Assembly (NCBI RefSeq): GCF_964194155.1
Contig: NC_135901.1
Coordinates: 2,852,001-2,916,000 of the forward strand
DNA: 64,000 nt
DNA from: Cetorhinus maximus
Taxonomy: Eukaryota
Reading direction: 5' to 3'
The translations under genes and the position numbers were made by a program. Each line of letters opens with the position of its first letter. Positions within the stretch are counted from its first letter, which is position 1. The notes under the pieces were generated by a model that searched no databases, was not told the origin of the DNA, and saw only the letters and a program-made list of their open reading frames with translations. Below, one piece after another: positions 48,771-61,702 of the stretch.

Positions 48771-49157
48771 CTTTGGGATCTGTCCGGTTTTCCAGCTCGG
48801 AGCACAGGTGGACACAATCCTTTTCCCTGAGAACTTATGGGGTTGGACGAGAAAGTTTCTCAAAGTTTACAGCACATAAACAGGCCATTCTGCCCAACTG
48901 GTCTATGTTGGTGTTTCAGCTTCGCACCAGGCTCCTCCCATCTTGCTTCATCTAAACCCAATGGCACAGCCTTCAATTCATTGTTCATTCATCTACTTAT
49001 CAATTTCCCCCTGAAAGTCCACAGGTCCAGAGCGTTTAGTTGGCGAAATTGCTGATCAGAGTAGACCATGAATACACTGAATAGTAAATATTGATCCTTA
49101 CACTGACACTGGAAATAGACACATTGAACCACTTATTGCTTCAATTTCACCACTCAC

Positions 49158-49466
49158 CTTGTTCCTTGTGGATGGAATTTCTTAAAGGAGTCGGCAGATC
49201 CTGATTGCTCACCACGCAGTAGAACTCAGCCCCACTCAGCCAGGCTTGTTTCGAGATGTTTACGTTGCTGACCACGCTGTCGGGATCCGCTCCCGGTTGC
49301 ACGGCGATCTCTGATTTCAAAGGCTTCTTCTCTTGGGTCCAGGACACGAGGACTCCATAAGGAGCATTAGAAACGATGCAGGTTAAGGTCACGGTCGCCT
49401 CCAGTAAGACCTGTTCTATTGGCGGTGGCAGTAGAGTAATTGTGGCATCTCTGCAGTTGGAACATT
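49158..49466 (-). CDS. IGHM: IgM Cmu3 exon, open
   Basis: [70 protein letters not shown]. 309 nt, phase 1-1. Confidence 0.92.
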
Positions 49467-49828
49467 CTGTGAGACAGAAATGAAAATCAACCAAAGTTTC
49501 ACCTTGAGAATCAGGACAGCAGCATTCAGTCTTCACTCTCCAAAGGAGAATAAACGACCTTCGACATATCAACCTCTAACTATCGTCTGTAATGGTCTTT
49601 ACACAATGCAAAACCAGCTTGGTCTGTGTAAATTGTTCTCATAATTTCAGTCGTTCAGCCCGGGAAACATTCTAGTGAATCTGCGTTGCCCCAGTCCCAA
49701 GACAAGTATACCATTCCTGGGCCCTGGAATGCAGTACTGAACGTCGCTTTATGAATAGGGTGGACACACTTTCCAGCACTTTATTCCGAAGCTGTTACCA
49801 GTTACTGTAATGGGTTTATATCTCTTAC

Positions 49829-50116
49829 CAGACGCGGTGGTGTTTTGACTTTGGGTGACCCCTTGATGAGTGACCTGACAGGTATAGACCGCGCCGGTGA
49901 ACAATTCCCCAGCGGAGACTTTCAGCCGACTGGTCGCCGAGAAGTTCCCGTTCATTTCAAAGGCGGGAGAGGTGACAATTCCTGAATTCATGGGTTGTCC
50001 ATTCTTCAGCCACTTCACGGTGATTGAATTTGGACTGAAATCGATGATTGAACAGACGACGGTATCTTCCCGGCAACTCACGGTGAGGAGAACAGTTGGA
50101 GGGTGGATATCAGGAC
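49829..50116 (-). CDS. IGHM: IgM Cmu2 exon, open but apparently shortened
   Basis: [66 protein letters not shown]. 288 nt, with an A-B segment shorter than in typical C1 domains and a Trp-to-Leu change before the F strand. Confidence 0.88.
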
Positions 50117-50329
50117 CTTCAAAAAACACAGGTTAAACATTTCTTGCAGAAGAAATTGATAACAGATACAATGAGATCGTATATTTTAACAGGCTTTTTC
50201 CGTTAATACACACTAAACTGGGTTTTCCAGGGATCAGAACTATGCAGAGCACTATAAATGCGTTATAATCAAGGCCCTATACAGGTCAATCACAGCCTTT
50301 ATGTTTCTCACAGGTTCCCCAACACTTAC

Positions 50330-50627
50330 ATGTCATTCCAATGCTCTTGTCTGAGCCGCTGTGTTGAACCTCAGTTGATTTTGCTGCATTCTCCCTCTGA
50401 CTCGGTGATGGTTAACTGGCTGCTAAGGGTGAAGGTTCCCTTCTGGTTTCTCACTGACGGATAAGTCTTAAATCCAGTGGTGATCGGCTGCCCATCTTTC
50501 TTCCAGGTCAGTTTGGTGATTTCTGGGGAGTAGTCCATCGCCAAACAGCCGTAGGTGACGGAGCCGTCGGTGTTGAGTTGCTGACAGGAGGAGACCAGGC
50601 TGTAGAGAATGGGCGAAGACGGTGTCA
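50330..50627 (-). pseudogene. IGHM: IgM Cmu1 exon with 2-bp deletion
   Basis: [41 protein letters not shown]. The exon is 298 nt with a stop at 50371-50373 where the second domain Cys should be, and EVQHSGSDKSIGM continues in a shifted frame. Confidence 0.92.
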
Positions 50628-51184
50628 CTGGGAAAGAATGGCCGATTGAACAAGTTAGACTCTGTGATTTGTGATCATTAAGCAACCAAACAATATAGTC
50701 AAAATTTGACTATAACTATAAACATATCCAAATATATTCCCACTAAAACCCACACCCACATTTGTTCATTTATTATTTCCATCCTTTGGTGATCCTCATC
50801 TGTCGGTTCCCGCTTTAGAAACCCACACCTCTTTTTCCGCTTCTATCCCATTACTAAAAGAGAACATTCTAATGTCATCTGAATGACGTACCTTCATTGG
50901 ATTAAAATGGAAGAGCAGAGGATTTTCCCCATTATTTCGCCACCATTTATTTCTCAAACAACAGCACTTGGTGATAGAGAAATTGTCTCGTCATTTATAT
51001 CATTGAAGCTTTGGAAATTGGCTCTGTTCAAATTGAGTGAAGACCCCTTCCCTATCCACGTCCCCCAAAACAAAGAATAGCAACAGCCCTTCGAAAGTAC
51101 CTTTGTAATGGTACCTTTATAATGACCAGTGAACTCTAAATTGAATGCCAGTTACAGTAATTACGACATTTTCCAATCGTGTGT

Positions 51185-52270
51185 ACATGTGAACATGCGG
51201 ATCAGTAGCAGGAGTAGGCCATTCGGCCTCTGAGGCCTCCCCCAATGTGGGGAACTGTGTTCCCTATCGTTAGTCTCTCCCACAAGGGGAAACGTACTTT
51301 CAGCATCCATTCCCCTCAGGATCTTGTATGTTTCAATAAAATCAGCTCTCATTCTTCTAAACTCCAATGGATACAGGCCCAGCCTATCGAAACTTTCCTC
51401 ATGAGATAACCGACAACACCTCCCAGTACCATTGGAACATTCTCTGAACAGCTTCTAATGCTTTTATATCCTTTCATAAAGAAGAACAAATCTGTACACA
51501 GTAATTCAGACAAGGTCTCATCAACGCCCTGTTAAACTGCAGCAAAACATCCTTATTTGTATATTCTATTCCCCTTGTAATAAATGACAACACTCCATTT
51601 GCCTTCCTCATCACTTGCTGTTCCTGCGTTATAACGTTTTGTGATTCATGCACGAAGGGATCCACATCCCCCTGTACCTCAGGGTTCTGCAATCTCTCTC
51701 TTTTTCAATAATATGCTGTTTTTGTATTCTTCCTGCCAAAGTGGACAAGTTTATATTTTCCCACATTATACGGCATCTTCATTTGTTTGCTCACTTACTT
51801 AACCAATCGATATCCCTTTGTTGACCCTTTATCCCCTCTTCACCACTTACGTTTGTATCTTTCTTTGTGTTATCAGCAAATTTAGCAAATTAATTCAGTC
51901 CTTTCGTTAAGTCATTGATATAAATTGTAAATAGTTGAGGCTGCAGCATTGATCCCTGTGGCACTCCACTTGTCACATCTTGCCAATCTAAAATAACCAA
52001 TTTATCCCTACTCTCTGTTTCCTGTTTGCTAACCAAACTTCTACCCGTGCTGAAATGTTACTGCCGACACCATTATTTTGTGTAGTAACCTTTGATCTGT
52101 CACTTTGTCAAATGCCTTCTGGCAGCGCAAGTACAGCACATCCTCAGGTTCTTCTTTATTCATGTTCCTTGTTGCTTCCTCGAAGGGCCTCAAATAAATC
52201 AGCCAAACATGATTTCCCTTTCACAAAACCATGATGGATCCACATATTTGCAATTGGATTTTCTAAGTGA
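51185..52270 (-). mobile_element. Decayed CR1 LINE ORF2 3' half in the JH-Cmu1 intron
   Basis: HGFVKGKSCL.., KANGVLSFITRGIEY.. and MEFRRMRADFIETYKILRG fragments. Confidence 0.8.
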
Positions 52271-52559
52271 CCCGTGATAGACTCGATAAAAATAGATTCC
52301 AGCATTTTCACTCTTTCAGCAGTAAAAGTGGGAGACAAACAGGTTGCGATTGGAGGGGCAGTGAACACCCGCTGGAGAAAGGCGCAGGGAGTCGGGGGGG
52401 AAGCGCACAGAGACATTGTCTCCCTTCTATCCCAGGCACTTGACACCTTTCCCCGGGAATGGAAAGGATTTCAGGAGGAGGAGAGACAATGAGGGAGAGA
52501 GAGAGAGAGAGAGTTAGAGAGAGTGGAGCCCAGGGTGCCTGGGGCCTCATCTCGCAACT

Positions 52560-53920
52560 GCTTTCACCCGGCTCTCCCCACTATAGCCCGGCTCTCTGCG
52601 CTTTCGCGTGCCTCTCCGCCCTTCCCCCACCGCCTCTCTGCCCTTTCCCCCACTGGCTCCCTGCCCCTTCTCCTTCCCGCCTCTCAGCCCTTTCCCCCTC
52701 CCGCCTCTTTGCCATTACTACCCCCCTTTTCTGCCCTCCCCCTCCCCCCCAGCTCTCTGCACAGGTTTGTGTGCTTTCGCCCGGCTCTCCCCGCTATAGC
52801 CCGGCTCTCTGTCCTTCCCCCGCCCTCCGCCTCTCTGCCCATTCCCGCCACCCCTCTGCCCTTTACCCTCCATCCTCTCTGCCCTTTCCCCCATCCCCTC
52901 TGCCCATTCACCCCACCCCTCTGCCCTTCCCCCCCGCCTCTCTGCCCTTTCCCCCCCACCGCTCTGCCCTTTACCCTCCATCCTCTCTGCCCTTTCCCCC
53001 CTCCCCTCTGCCCATTCACCCCACCCTCTGCCCTTTCCCCCTCCCCTCTGCCCATTCCCCCCCTCCCCTCTGCCCTTCCCCCACGCCTCTCTGCCCTATG
53101 CCCCCGCTTCTCTGCCATTTCTCCCCCAGCTCTCTGCACTTAATCCAAGGTTCGCTGCCCTTTCCCCCGGCTCTCTGACCTTTCCCCCATCTCTCTCCCC
53201 TTTCCATCACCTCTTTCTCCTTCCCCCCACGCCTCTTTGCCTGTCCCACCCCTCGCTTCACTGCCCTTTCCCCCCCTCCTCTCTGCCCTTTCCCCACCTC
53301 CTCTCTGCTCTTTCTCCCCCCACCTCTCTGCTCTTTCCCTGCCGCCTCGCTGCCCTTTCCCCCTCCCGCCTCTCTGCCCTTTCCGCCTACCGCCTCTCTG
53401 CCCTGTCACCCTCCCGCCTCTCTGCCCTGTCACCCTCTCGCCTCTCTGCCCTTTCCCCCTCCGCCTCTCTGCCCATTCCCCCTCCCGCCTCTCTGCCCAT
53501 TCCCCCTCCCGCCTCTCTGCCCTTTCCCCCTCCCGCCTCTCTGCCCATTCCCCCTCCCGCCTCTCTGCCCTTTCCCCCTCCCGCCTCTCTGCCCATTCCC
53601 CCTCCCGCCTCTCTGCCCATTCCCCCTCCCGCCTCTCTGCCCATTCCCCCTCCCGCCTCTCTGCCCTTTCCCCCCCGCCCCTCTGCCCTTTCCCTCCCAC
53701 CTCTCTGCCCTTTCCCTCCCGCCTCTCTACCCTTTCTCCCACGCGTCTCTGCACTTAACTGCACGGATCTCTGCCCGTTCACCGGTTCGCTGACCTTTGC
53801 CTCATCTCTATGCACTTTCTGCTGGATCGCTGCCCCTTTCCCCGACTCTCTACCCTTCCCCCCCACCTCCCTGCCCTTTCCCCCAGGCTCTTTGCGCTTT
53901 GGCCCCGCCTCTCTGCCCTT
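52560..53920 (-). repeat. Purine/G-rich tandem repeat tract on the IgH sense strand (~24-bp unit GGGCAGAGAGGCGGGAGGGGGAAT)
   Basis: The plus strand is almost pure C/T, with near-perfect units at 53455-53670. Confidence 0.9.
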
Positions 53921-54049
53921 TCCACCGACGCTCGTCGCTCCCTTGGGCCATGCTCCACTTTCCGGAACTGCTAGGTCTCAGGCCTCGCTTTCAGGTCTCT
54001 CTTCCCCGCAGTTCCCGCTCTCCCACACACCGATTTAGGAAAAGTGATC

Positions 54050-54712
54050 GAGTGAGTGAGCGTGTGCATGATTGACAAAGTGAGGGTGGCTGAGTGACAG
54101 AGCGAGGGCGGGTGGCTGAGTGAGTGAGGGTGAGTGGGTGTGTGAGGGTGGGGAGGATGAGTTACTGATTGTGAGTGCAGGTCGGTGTGTAAGGATGGGT
54201 GGATGAGTGAATTTGAGTGAGGATGAGTGAGGGTAGGTGAATGAGCGTGAATGAGGCTGGGTGTGTGAGTGTGGGTGAGTGAGGGTGGGTGAGTGAGTGA
54301 GGGTGAGTGAGTGTGAATGAGGCTGGGTAGGTAAGGGTGACTGAGGATAAGTGAGTGTGAGTGAGGGAGGGTGAGTGAGGGAGGGTGAGTGAGGGTGGGT
54401 GAGTGAGGGAGGGTGGGTGAGTGAGTGTGAATGAGGCTGGGTAGGTAAGGGTGAGTGAGGGTGAGTGAGAATGAGTGAGTGAGGGTGAGTGAGTAATTGA
54501 TGGTGAGTGAATGAGGGTGAGTGAGTGAAGGTGGGTGAGTGAGGGTGAGTGAGCGAGGGTGGGTGAGGGAGGGAGTGAGGGCGAGTGAGTGAGAGATTGT
54601 GCGTGATTGTGGGCAGTGAGGGTGAGTGAGTGAGTGAGTGAGGGTGAGTGATTGTGGGCAGTGAGGGTGAGTGAGTGAGTGAGTGAGGGTGAGTGATTGT
54701 GGGTAGTGAGGA
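54050..54712. repeat. (GAGT/GAGG)n low-complexity tract
   Basis: Direct reading. Confidence 0.85.
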
Positions 54713-55274
54713 TGCCCAGGTGATGCAGGCTCATCAAGGCGATGTTTCTCCGGATGATTTTCCGCTCCGGCTCAGCTTTCCATTGTCTGTTGTCCACAGC
54801 CGAGCTGGGGGCTCCTCCATTCGGCTCCACCACCTCCACCTCCTCCTCTTCCTCTCCATCGATCCTGTCCCGATTCTCCAGATTGATCAGGCTGTGTAAA
54901 GTCAGGCAGCAGTGTCGATCGCTGGCCAGCTGCTTTAATGCGGATGTCTTTCTTTGAGAAACCCGTGTCAGTGCGAGAATAGGCAGACTGAAGGGGCTGG
55001 AGGGGACGGTTACAGCAAAACCAGGATGGGCCGTGCAGGCACCTTGCACCAAGTGTGCACCATGTTGGGGATCCAGGCGGCCGTGGTCTCCACCACATCC
55101 CTCCCTTTTCCTTGTTCCTTTGTGTTTGGTTCAACACTTGAAAATTCTCCACATATATAGTGATGTCACCTGTGTAATTTCATTTTACACAAAAAGACAT
55201 CAGAAATGGAACAGTGAACAAGCATGCAGCTTAACGGATTTTCATTCAGCAATTAATATTTTCAGCCCACTTCT

Positions 55275-56360
55275 GTATGTGAGAATGTGTGTGTGTGTGC
55301 GTGAGAAAGAGAGAGAGATTGCATTCAAGTGTATGTGTGTTTTTCAGAGAGAGAGACAGAGACAGAGAGAGACAGAAAGTGTGTATGTGAGAGAGTATGT
55401 GTGTGAGAGATAGGGAGTATAAGTGTGAGAGTGTGTGAGATAGAGAATCTGCGTGTGTGGGAGAGAAAAAGTGTGTGTGTGGGAGAGAGTGAGAGAGCGT
55501 GTGTGAGAGTGTGAGATTGTCTGAGATGGAGAAATGTGTGTGTGTGAGAGAGAGCGACTGTGTGTGTGTGTGAGAGAGAGAGAGAGTGTAGGGGTGTGGG
55601 TGATAGGTAGTAGAAGTCTGTGAGAGTGAGTGTGTGAGAGAGAGAGAACGTGTGTGTGTGGGAGAAAAAGTGTGTGAAAGAGAGAGCCAGTGTGTGTGTC
55701 AGAGGGAGAGAAAGAGAGTGAGAGAGAGAGTATGTGAGTGTGTATGAGAGAGAGAATGAGAGAGAATGCATGTGTGAGAGAAACAGTGTGTGTGTGTGAG
55801 AGGGAATGTGTTTGTGTTTCTGCGTGTGCAAGAGAGAGAGATCGAGGATGCGTGTGTGTGAGAGAGAATGTTATGTATCTATATGTGAGAGAGAGAGAGA
55901 ATGGAGAGTGTGCGCATGTGTGAGAGTGTGTATGTGTGTGGGAGAGAGGGTGCATGTATGTGAGAGAGAGTGGGTGTGCATAAAAGAGAGGGAGTGTGCG
56001 TGTGTGTGTGTGTTTGTATGCGTGAGAGAGAGAATGTGTGTGTGAGAGTGCATGTGTGAGCAAGAGTGCATGTGTGTGTTGGAGAGACAGTGTGCACGTG
56101 TGTGAGAGTGTGTGTAGTTGAGAGAGTATGTGTGAGAGTGTGTGTGAAAGTGAGAGGCAATGTTTGAGACAGAGTGCATGCGTGTTAAAGAGAGTTTGTA
56201 TGTGAGAGGGAGAATGTGAGAGTTATGTGTGTGTGTGTCTGTGTGACAGAGAGAGAAAGAGACAGTGTGTGTCTGTCAGAGAGAGTGCGTGAGAGGGAGA
56301 GAGGGCACGTGTGTGAGAGAGAGCGTGTGTGACAGAGAGAGTGAGCGAGTGAGGGTGTGT
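55275..56360. repeat. Mixed (GT)n/(GA)n tract
   Basis: Direct reading. Confidence 0.9.
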
Positions 56361-57124
56361 GGTAAAGAGACTGAGTGTCGAGGTAGATGAACCATGATCT
56401 TACTGAATGGTGGGCAGGATAGAAGGGCCTCTCCTCATGCTCTCATTTCTGTAATTCACTTCTCCCCCAGCAGGCGGCAATCCAATGACTCAGTTTTTGA
56501 TGGCGGCTCCTTTTCCCCAAATCCCCCGCGGCTGGTTATTTGGAGCCGGAGCCTGGTCATTGTCCATTTCAATCGTTTAAATAACTCACAGCCTCTGATC
56601 AGATCAGAACAGGCGCTGCTCTCTGGAACCTCACTGTCACTCCCTGATTCTGTTTGTTCTGAAATTGTGCTCAAGTTCAGGTCACTCACATTCAATGATT
56701 TTCTCATACTCAAAATGCTTGAACATAATTAATTCATTAAAATTTATACATGTTCTCTCCAGAAATATTGTTAATAACAATTAACGTGCGTCATTTCAAC
56801 CGAGCAATGGAGCAATTTATTTTCACAGATCTGGCTCGAGAACCCACAGCCAGTTAGTTCGATGCTGATTCAGTTTGTTTGACCTCTGCATGGAAAAGAC
56901 TCAGGTAAGGAACAGGACAAGTTAAGATATGGATTAAAGCCCCCACTCCTCCCCCAGTACACTCCTGTCATCAGCTGCAAGGGTGGGATTCAACAGAAAG
57001 CCAACTCTCCACTGAACTGTCAAACACTCCGGGTCAGGTACAGCATCGGTTTGATATAAAATAAAACTCTCTCTACATTGTCCCATCAAATATGCCCAGG
57101 AGAGGGTTCAATCCGGTTTTGATA

Positions 57125-57735
57125 TAAATGCTGTGGCTGCAAGAGCCAGTCTGAATCTGGGAATTCTGTGGTGAGTAATTCAACTCGTATCACCCAAAGA
57201 CAACTCACCATCTACAAGGCACAAGTCAGGACTGGGATTGAATAGTTTCCACTTGCCTCAATGAGTGAAACTTCCAAAAAACCCCAAGAAACTCAATACT
57301 ATCCAGGACAAAGCAGTCCACAGAATTGGTACCCCATCCACTGCCTCAAACATTCACTTCCTCCCCCACCGCTGCACACTGACAGCAGTATTTACCTTAT
57401 ACAAGATGCACTGCAGGAACTCGCCAAGGCTCCTTCAGCAGCACCTTCAAAACCCGCAACCTTTACTAACTAGAAGGACAAGGGCAGCAGTATGCTTGTA
57501 CCGCCACCTGTACGCTCCCCTCCAAGGCACCCACCATCCTGATTTCGAATTATATCGCCGTTCCTTCACTGTGAATACGTCAAAATTCTGGAACTCCCGA
57601 CCTAACAGCACTGTGAGTGTACCTGCAGCTATGCAAGGAGGCGGCATTTCAACACTTCCTCAAGGGGTAATTAGGGATGGACAACAAATGCTGGCCTTGC
57701 CAGTAACCCCAACATCCTATGACAGGATTAAAAAT
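57125..57735 (+). mobile_element. LINE 3' fragment
   Basis: TIYKAQVR.., KKLNTIQDKA..FWNSRPNS and the tail ggggtaattagggatgg. Same family as 13.1-13.7 kb and 48.6 kb. Confidence 0.75.
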
Positions 57736-60468
57736 AAGATACAGGCTAATTTCTTACTCCACACTGTCCAACCAAATAGGTCAAGGACTGCTACAGCACG
57801 GATTAAAATAGGATAAACCTCTCTCTGCATTGCCTAACCAAACACTCCCAAGACTGATTTATCACTGATTTAAAGTCAACCAAATCTCCCTCGACAGTCT
57901 GTCTGTCGTTTCTGAATTGCCCTTTCTGACTGTCACAATGGGTTGGGTATCTCATTCCTGAGGCGCCTGGTCAAAAAGTCAAACTTTCACATTTCTCACA
58001 GATACAAGTTTTTTGAAGAAATAAATCAAATTGCACTTCCTGAAATCCAGGAGAGCGAACCAGAAGGTTAACAACCAGTCAGGAAGATTCCTGGTCCCAG
58101 CACAGTTACCATGCACACAGAAACAGAACAGACACAAATGATGCAACAAACGAGTTCCCAGCAGATAGATCTGTTCAATCTGTCCATTTCATTCAAGCTG
58201 TTTGATTCTAATTGATCAATGGTCAATTTATGACAATTATTCTATAACTTCTTTGAAATTAATCTGATTTTTATTTCAAAACTCCCTTTGAACTCCATCT
58301 AATCTGGCTAATCTGTCTCAAATCTCCACAGTGTAAGATTTAAGTTACCCTGAAAATGAGCACAGCAAATATGACAGATTCAGGATAATTTGGTGCCCGT
58401 AACAGAGACTCAATGACGGGGTAAGAATTAAACAAATCAGGAAACACTCACATTGAAACCCGATTACCCACTGATTTGATTTGATTTTAGGGATAAATAG
58501 AACCAATAAAATCATCGAGGTGAAACACCTTATCGAGCTGAGCACAGCTGAGTAAGAAAAGTATTATTTTCTAAAATCAGTTTGGATACAAGTAACAATT
58601 CTCTCCACGCTGAGATTTTGCATTCACTATAATGACCAGGAAGCTACTTAATTGTTGGAGTTCATTTATGTTGAATTAATTATCCCTAATATTTTATTGT
58701 AAGTTAATTATGTTGTTATTGTCAATTCATTTTCTTCGCCTTCGACAATGAAATATAATCAGCAAATTGATTCGAGATTTTGTTCTTCAATTTAATATTT
58801 AATAAGAATTAAACTTGAAGCTCAGATATAATCCGTTCTTCTCCTACAATTCTATCCTGTGTACAGCACAACTATGGGAGACAGGATGTTGTTATTAAGT
58901 TCAAAACTAATATTAATTTTTGCAATTAAATTAATCTGTTCGAATTTCAAACTCTTACTTGTCAATCTCTAATCATATGCAGTTTGAACCTCCTGACAGT
59001 TCCAGAAACATGCAAGAACAATTCCTTTACTGCCCGCAAATTCCACCCCCAGAAAATTGCTTAAGACTAGATAAGTGACAATTATCTCGCTATCCAAATC
59101 CCAATGACATTGAAGGAATAATATGGTTACGACTACACAGAAAGAATGTAATAACCGGATAGACATATTGCCAAACTGCAATGTCAAACTCCTCTTGAAG
59201 TAAATGCGAAGGTTATCAGGGATATAAAAAAGTAATTCAAAATCTCTTGTGAATCTGAACAATTCTGTAGAATCAGTATATTCTTCTTGAAATTTTTACA
59301 TGCATAATCACAAAATGTTTCCAGCCTAAAAACTTTCCCGATCATGTTAATAGTGCGCAGTGCACAGCAGAATTGTGAAAGGCAATTAATGATCAATTAT
59401 GTTAATATGAAATCTGTTCAGTCAATATGGAGAAATATTACATTATAATTGTTTGAATTATATAAATGTTACTGTACAATTTGAAAACGTGTTAATTATT
59501 TAGTTTCTGATTGCAGTAACGAATTGTGTTCTGAATGAGCGCCGTAATCCATGGCTTAGTTTAATCTGCAGTTATCACTTAAAATAAAAAAAACAAAATG
59601 TTCCAACACATCTTTAAATGTTTTTGCTTTTTTTGAAACCTGTCTGTTTTCTGCCTACAATCGCGCTTCAAGCACATGCAACCGCGTAGACTGTTTCCAT
59701 TCAATCACAAAACGTACAACAGCTGAATGTCACCGAGTTTAAACAATGCAGAAACAATGCAGAACCGCCAAACCGTTTCACAAATTCTACTTGTTCAAAG
59801 TCACCCAGACACACAATCTCCTCAGGAGAAAAACACCAAATCATATCACTGAGGGGCTGAAACCCGTTTCATGGAGAAGCAACTCAATTCGACAAACACT
59901 TCCAACAGAATCAAATGTAACATTGCAATAAAATCTCAATATTGAATCCAAACAACCTCTCGTCACCAAATTAATGAATAATTAAATTAAACATAAATAT
60001 GGAATAATGTCAACAGCATTGTGAGTAGGAACATATTCAATAAATTAACATTTAAACTTAAGCATATTTTGTTAATATTGTGTTTGATTTCAAACATATT
60101 TAAACCCTTGTGCAGTAGATGGTAAAACCCGCAGCCATTAGACGTCACCGAGATTAAACATTGCAGATACGTCAAACTGTTTTAACAGACGTTGGGCATT
60201 TCAAGTAACCCGGCCACACGGTATCCTCAGTAGATAAACACCAAATCTCAACCACCAGGGACTGAATTCCTCAGCAGCACTTTTTTGTCGAGAAAAAGCC
60301 AAATTATAAAAACCTTTTTCAGCAGAATCATCTGAAATATTATTAAAAAATCTCAATACAGAATCCACCAAACCCACATTTCAGTGAACGAATGAATGAT
60401 AAAAATAGTCAAAAATATAAAACAAAGGCTCAAATAAAACAATTACCAAATCAGTGCATGGTTCTTAC

Positions 60469-60516
60469 CTGCAGTCACCGTCACCATGGTCCCTTGTCCC
60501 CAGTAGCCCATGATGT
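60469..60516 (-). CDS. IGHJ: IgH JH segment
   Basis: IMGYWGQGTMVTVTA followed by a gtaag donor. RSS: heptamer 60517-60523, 23 nt, nonamer-like 60547-60555. Confidence 0.95.
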
Positions 60517-60870
60517 CACAGTGTTACATTCCATGGGCTGTGCCATACAATAAGTGTCCCTGCACGAAAAAGACAGAAATCCACCATTATTTTAAATGTT
60601 GATAACTCAGAGGCAAAGGAAGATCACGATGAATCTTCACTAAATTATATTTGCGTTGTAGATATCTTTAGCTATTCATCAATGGCCCTCATGTTTTACA
60701 TTTCACAGAGTAACACATGAACATGTTATTGAAATCACCAACTGATGAATGGATAATTATCACAGCTTTTCCATCTTAAACCATGTTTTTTGGGCAGTGC
60801 TGGACATAAAAAAATACTTCACTGTAAATATAGTTGGATTGTAAAAGCGAGCACTCAATTAGTGCTGAGG

Positions 60871-60939
60871 TGTTTTTGTATTGACAGTAACTGCTGTGCC
60901 ATCCAGTATATCACAGTGAGACACACCATGTCAAATACT
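60871..60939 (-). other. IGHD: IgH D2 segment (60899-60911, atatactggatgg) with 12/12 RSSs
   Basis: Plus strand reads tgtttttgt-12-tgctgtg | D | cacagtg-12-tcaaatact. Confidence 0.92.
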
Positions 60940-61252
60940 GCGACAGACTGTTCACTGTAAAATACAGAGATTTAATTTCACTGCGCTTTCCAAAAACCTG
61001 ATTCCGACTCGCTTAAGAGTGAATCAGTGAGACATTTCAGCTTGTGCTGGTCATTATATTTATAAACGTGAATGAAATACTTTTAAAATCTCTTTGCAGA
61101 TTTAGCGTGTCCGTCAACACGAACAAAGTGGAAGACTTTTATATCTTATTACAGACCAATATTACCTCTCCCCATTATTTTATTTAAATCTCATTTTCTT
61201 TGACGTTCCTGCTGTATTGGTGATCACCAATTTGAACAAACTCCTTCTCTGA

Positions 61253-61331
61253 GGTTTTTGTATGAGGATGTCGCTGTGCACAGCACTGTGGCCCCCGCAG
61301 TATCACAGTGGAATACACCCGCACAAAAACT
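61253..61331 (-). other. IGHD: IgH D1 segment (61291-61303, atactgcgggggc) with 5' 12-RSS and 3' 22-RSS
   Basis: Plus strand reads ggtttttgt-22-cactgtg | D | cacagtg-12-acaaaaact. Confidence 0.93.
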
Positions 61332-61702
61332 GCACCCACTCTCTGTTCAGTGCTGCCTCTCAATATTCACTTCAAATAGACGTTTACTTCTGATACAGTT
61401 TAGCCTTTATGCAACAATTTACAAAACTAAATGAACAGAGACCCTCCTCCATGTATCAGACATGTTAAAATGAACATTATATCCAGGTCTGTAATTGCGG
61501 AAACTGTTAACAGTAAATATAAACACAGTAAAATCTCAGCCCATTATATCGATTGGTTTGTTAGGTTTTACTGTTAAAATTTCTCTGTGTTAGTTTTGTC
61601 AGAGCTGCTTGTTGTCTGGTTCTGATCATTACAGTTAATATTACATCTAAAACAAGTACTGACCGTCAGGTTATGATGGAAGTTGCTGAGTCCCTCTCGA
61701 TC

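Noticed and set aside
52459-56179. Long ORFs (200-300 aa) rich in Pro/Leu/Ser, Gly/Arg/Glu or His/Thr
   Set aside because: These are translations of low-complexity repeats open in several frames on both strands, with no domain signature.
61262-61278. Second heptamer (cacagcg on minus) inside the D1 22-bp spacer, suggesting a dual 12/23 RSS
   Set aside because: It is only 10 nt from the nonamer, outside the tolerated 12+/-1 spacing.
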